From Patescibacteria group bacterium (GTDB taxonomy: Bacteria > Patescibacteriota > Microgenomatia > UBA8517): DNA of 64,000 bases. A program made the translations under genes and the position numbers. Below, piece by piece: positions 61,178 through 64,000 of this stretch; position 1 is the first letter of the stretch, and each line of letters begins with the position of its first letter. The stretch is taken from positions 11,634-75,633 of the forward strand of contig JALHYA010000017.1 of the NCBI GenBank assembly GCA_022868165.1. The letters are read 5' to 3'. The notes under the pieces are model-generated. The model worked only from the letters and a program-made list of their open reading frames with translations. It was not told the origin of the DNA and ran no database searches.

Positions 61178-61468
61178 CTACTTCTTTTTAATGATTTGCT
61201 GTAAAAGCTTTGATCCTCCGAAAACGACTAAAGATACGACAAAGTAAATAATCAGGATAAACATTGCCATAACTAACAGAAGGTGAGGCTGTTGGAAATG
61301 TTGAAAGTAATCAATGATAACAGTTATTGGTCTATAGTGAGTAACGTATTGTCCGTTATTATATTGCTCTCTTAATATGGGTAAACACAAAACAAGGAAG
61401 GTAAGTAAAATATTAAGTAGCCGAGGCTTTAAAAAGTGGAGGCTTTTATACACTTTCATTACCATCAT
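61178..61468 (-). CDS. small membrane protein
   Basis: 96 aa with two or three hydrophobic helices. Confidence 0.4.
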   Translation of the reverse strand: MMVMKVYKSLHFLKPRLLNILLTFLVLCLPILREQYNNGQYVTHYRPITVIIDYFQHFQQPHLLLVMAMFILIIYFVVSLVVFGGSKLLQQIIKKK

Positions 61469-61537
61469 TTTAACATAGCCTGCAATTCGTATTTTAAATG
61501 CAATCTTGCTCTATCTAATGGACAACATCAGAACCTA

Positions 61538-61873
61538 TTACTCTAGGAAGACGATATAGCCACCATTAGTTTTGGGTGTGTAATATCCTTCTACTTCATT
61601 TGAATTATTAGGTGTCCAACATTTCTTAGCTATTCTCCCTCGGAAGTTCCAATCTTCACCTGATGAATGTCCTTCGTCATTGAGGTTTAATTCTTCAATG
61701 AATAGCCACAGTGGTGTTGTTAATCGGGGTAGGGATTTTCTATTTGCTACAACAAATACATTACCTATCCAAAATTCTACGAACGAACGATTTTCGCCTT
61801 CTAATGGAACGAGTGAATTTCTCATTTCTACAATGCTGGGGCCCATTTCAATCCGATGTTCGAACTCTGCCAT
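61538..61873 (-). CDS. hypothetical protein (111 aa)
   Basis: ORF with balanced composition. No motif recognised. Confidence 0.45.
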   Translation of the reverse strand: MAEFEHRIEMGPSIVEMRNSLVPLEGENRSFVEFWIGNVFVVANRKSLPRLTTPLWLFIEELNLNDEGHSSGEDWNFRGRIAKKCWTPNNSNEVEGYYTPKTNGGYIVFLE

Positions 61874-62053
61874 AGAAATTATTGGTTGGAGTATATAACA
61901 AATATTCTAGTTTCGTCTAATTAGCCCCCGCTAAAGGACTTATTCATTAACCAAAAGATACAGTTTGATTATAACTTAGACGAGCTTAAACTCTTTATCA
62001 ACCAAATTGAAGGTCTAAATTCTTCGTTCTCTTTCGCATAATTGGTGTAAGAT

Positions 62054-62677
62054 TTACTTTTTAATCCCCTTGATTGTTTCCCATTTCTCTCTTGGACATT
62101 TCCTTGGCCAAGTTCTCCAGGCTTCCTTGTCTCTATACTGAGGAAACTCACCATCTTCTACCCAATGAAGTTTATTATCATCTTTTATGTGAGTTACAAA
62201 CTCTTTTCCGTTTAAGTGGTCAATCTCATGTTGAAAAATCCTGGCAACATAACCTGTATACTTTTCTTCAACTTTTTCTCCATCTTTTGTATATGCTTTT
62301 ATCTCGATAGATTTTGGTCTTGAAACAATGCCACAAACCCTATCTGTAGAAAAACAACCTTCATACCATTTTTCTTTTGTTTTTGATTTCCAAACAATTT
62401 CTGGATTTATAAAAACTCTCAGGTCTGAAACTTTTCCATGCCCGTCAGCGCCAACATCAACCAGAATTATTCTTTTTTGAATTTTAACTTGAGGAGCAGC
62501 AAGCCCAACTAAAACTGGCTTTTTTCTGTCACTCTGCTCTGGATACGCAAATTTAAGCATTTTCTCAATTATCTTTTGGGTCTTGGATGAAGTAATTTCT
62601 TTAACAGAGATTTTTTTAGCAGTCTTAACTAAAATTGGGTCATTTGGATAAGCGAAGCCTTTTCTGTGGACCGCCAT
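62054..62677 (-). CDS. def: peptide deformylase
   Basis: GLAAPQV, EGCFS and HEIDHLNG motifs. TATAAT lies 6 nt upstream of the ATG. Confidence 0.9.
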   Translation of the reverse strand: MAVHRKGFAYPNDPILVKTAKKISVKEITSSKTQKIIEKMLKFAYPEQSDRKKPVLVGLAAPQVKIQKRIILVDVGADGHGKVSDLRVFINPEIVWKSKTKEKWYEGCFSTDRVCGIVSRPKSIEIKAYTKDGEKVEEKYTGYVARIFQHEIDHLNGKEFVTHIKDDNKLHWVEDGEFPQYRDKEAWRTWPRKCPREKWETIKGIKK

Positions 62678-62894
62678 ATCGGGATTATACTACAAGTTCG
62701 AATCCTGCTTGGGATTGTCCAGTTTGATATGGTTTTCTGAGGCTAAAGACCGTGGCTAAGCGGGAAAGTGTCCTACGCTGGCGACAGCAAGGTGCAGAAT
62801 TGTACATTGCTCCCTAGCCCTGAAATTATCCTCCTTCGCGCAAGGCTTCGGCGGGACAAGTAATACAAGTTACAAATAGGATTGTTAAGGCGTT

Positions 62895-63902
62895 TCAGGA
62901 ATCCTTAATCAAGCTCCATGTGGCATATTCTTGGGGAGTTAATCTCAACTTTTTTGATGATTTTCTGCCGTATGACCTTGCAAAATGCGGAACCAAAATG
63001 TGCCTTTCATAGGACGAAATAATTACAGGGTGAATATAATACTTTCTGCATACTCTTTTGGTGTTGCCCAGGTGAACTGAGACCACGGCAACCACTTCAG
63101 AAATATTATTCTTAAGTTCGTTTTTGTCTTTGGCGTTTCCCTTCTTGTAAAGTGAATCCCCCGCCATAACGCTTCCGCCCCAAGTCCGAAAATCTTTTGC
63201 AGAAAAGTCCGCCCCCGTATGGGTTTTCAGATAATCATTTACATCCCCAGAATCCACCACTTGTGTGTTTTTGTCGCTATCGAAATATTGAAAAATCTCA
63301 TATCCGGGAATATCAAGACAGTCTTTCATGGTTTTTGCAACTCTCGAATTTGTCACATCAAGCTCATGGAAAACTCCGCTTTTTCCTTCAAAATTAAAGG
63401 TCAAAGTGTTACCTCTAACTTCTATATGTTTATCGCGCATGGTTGTAAGTCCGTATGACTGGTTTTCCTCGGCATACTCTTTGCTCCCCACCCTTATGAA
63501 AGTGTGTTCCAAAAGCCAAATTACAGTAGCAATGACACGGTCTTTCGTCAGCCTGCGTTCATTCATGTGGGCTTTTACTGTTTTCCTTAAAGTTGGGAGT
63601 CTTTCACCAAAGATTATCATTTGGTCAAATTTATGCTCCTGATTACGCTTTATCCACTCGGGATGATAAATGTACTGCTTGCGACCGCGGTCATCCACTC
63701 CGATTGCCTGAATATAATCCCAAGGATCGGCACTTATGACAACCTCGTGCCATGCGGGAGGGATTGCCAAGCCTAAAACCCGTGCTTTTGCAATTTTGGA
63801 AATGCGTTTTCCTTTTTCATTGATGAAGCCAAAACCCTTATCCTTTTTTATGCGACGCCAGGGAAGATTAGTATCTTTACGATAATGAACCTGAGACACC
63901 AT
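62895..63902 (-). CDS. DNA topoisomerase IB (poxvirus/bacterial TopIB type)
   Basis: LAIPPAW, GRKQYIYHPEW, QSYGLTTMR, FEGKSGV and SAKDFRTWGGS motifs match the bacterial TopIB pattern. The catalytic Tyr region lies near the C-terminus. Confidence 0.82.
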   Translation of the reverse strand: MVSQVHYRKDTNLPWRRIKKDKGFGFINEKGKRISKIAKARVLGLAIPPAWHEVVISADPWDYIQAIGVDDRGRKQYIYHPEWIKRNQEHKFDQMIIFGERLPTLRKTVKAHMNERRLTKDRVIATVIWLLEHTFIRVGSKEYAEENQSYGLTTMRDKHIEVRGNTLTFNFEGKSGVFHELDVTNSRVAKTMKDCLDIPGYEIFQYFDSDKNTQVVDSGDVNDYLKTHTGADFSAKDFRTWGGSVMAGDSLYKKGNAKDKNELKNNISEVVAVVSVHLGNTKRVCRKYYIHPVIISSYERHILVPHFARSYGRKSSKKLRLTPQEYATWSLIKDS

Positions 63903-64000
63903 TACAGTGTATCAGTTTTGCTTTAGAGGAAAATCACGGGTACTTTGCTCCGTGTTCCTAGTTTCGCTCTGACCACTGCTTTATCCCGTGTTCTCAAGGC

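Noticed and set aside
62678-62894. tRNA fragment or ncRNA in the 217-nt spacer upstream of def. AAGTTCGAATCCTGCTTGGGATTGTCCA looks like a T-loop plus CCA end, and the rest forms several hairpins.
   Set aside because: The stem flanking TTCGAAT is not complementary (ACAAG against CCTGC), and there is no D arm, anticodon arm or matching acceptor strand. SRP, RNase P and tmRNA hallmarks are absent. It is possibly just a degraded att or tRNA remnant plus the TopIB terminator; an Rfam scan would be needed.
1-64000. Scan for CRISPR arrays, rRNA genes, transposases or IS inverted repeats, and long tandem repeats.
   Set aside because: None were found by eye. The only repeats are the short ones reported: the tRNA 3' end 18-mer, the CPBP remnant, the PBP leader pair and the AAGC-N3-GCTT hairpins.

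Overview
This 64-kb window is about 85-90% coding and most genes lie on the minus strand. Gene content suggests a small-genome Candidate Phyla Radiation (Patescibacteria-like) bacterium, but that taxon call is inference only. The basis is that typical bacterial genes (ftsH, recF, mutM, pth, nrdR, def, class A PBPs) sit beside archaeal/eukaryal-type enzymes: ATP-dependent DNA ligase, EndoQ-like PHP nuclease, archaeal-type TIM, class I aldolase and a split transketolase.

Contents in order:
- A trxB/trxA plus CsoR-controlled copper ATPase locus carrying several uncharacterised Cys-motif proteins (0-7 kb).
- Housekeeping and DNA-repair genes: pth, pcm, EndoQ-like, ligase, Fic, nnrD, recF, mutM, a glycosyltransferase, a 5'-3' exonuclease, ftsH, a CsaA-like protein and trpS (7-25 kb).
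- Two tRNA loci flanking an ftsB-like gene and a tyrosine recombinase (24.8-27.0 kb).
- A TraD/VirD4-like ATPase.
- A B12-dependent dNTP module: PduO adenosyltransferase, DUF1653, nrdJ, nrdR.
- A CPBP/HEPN-like operon.
- Two tandem class A PBP genes, the second split by an in-frame TAA.
- A roughly 10.5-kb central-carbon supercluster (43.9-54.4 kb).
- A cobalamin-riboswitch-like leader in front of an unknown zinc-ribbon protein.
- Envelope glycosyl/methyl-transferases, an AT-rich block of small ORFs, def and a type IB topoisomerase.

The most unusual observations are:
1. Two tRNA genes are each interrupted in the anticodon region by an insert that holds another complete tRNA.
2. A cobalamin riboswitch core precedes a gene of unknown function.
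3. A roughly 110-nt multi-hairpin element with compensatory changes sits upstream of both PBP paralogues.
4. The CsoR regulon is extended and includes paralogous CPxC membrane proteins.
5. A three-gene operon pairs an Rx4H (HEPN-like) protein with a CPBP protease.
6. Many genes have a -10 hexamer 5-7 nt from the start codon, which suggests leaderless mRNAs.

I saw no rRNA, CRISPR array or transposase. All functional calls rest on motifs read by eye; no database search was possible.
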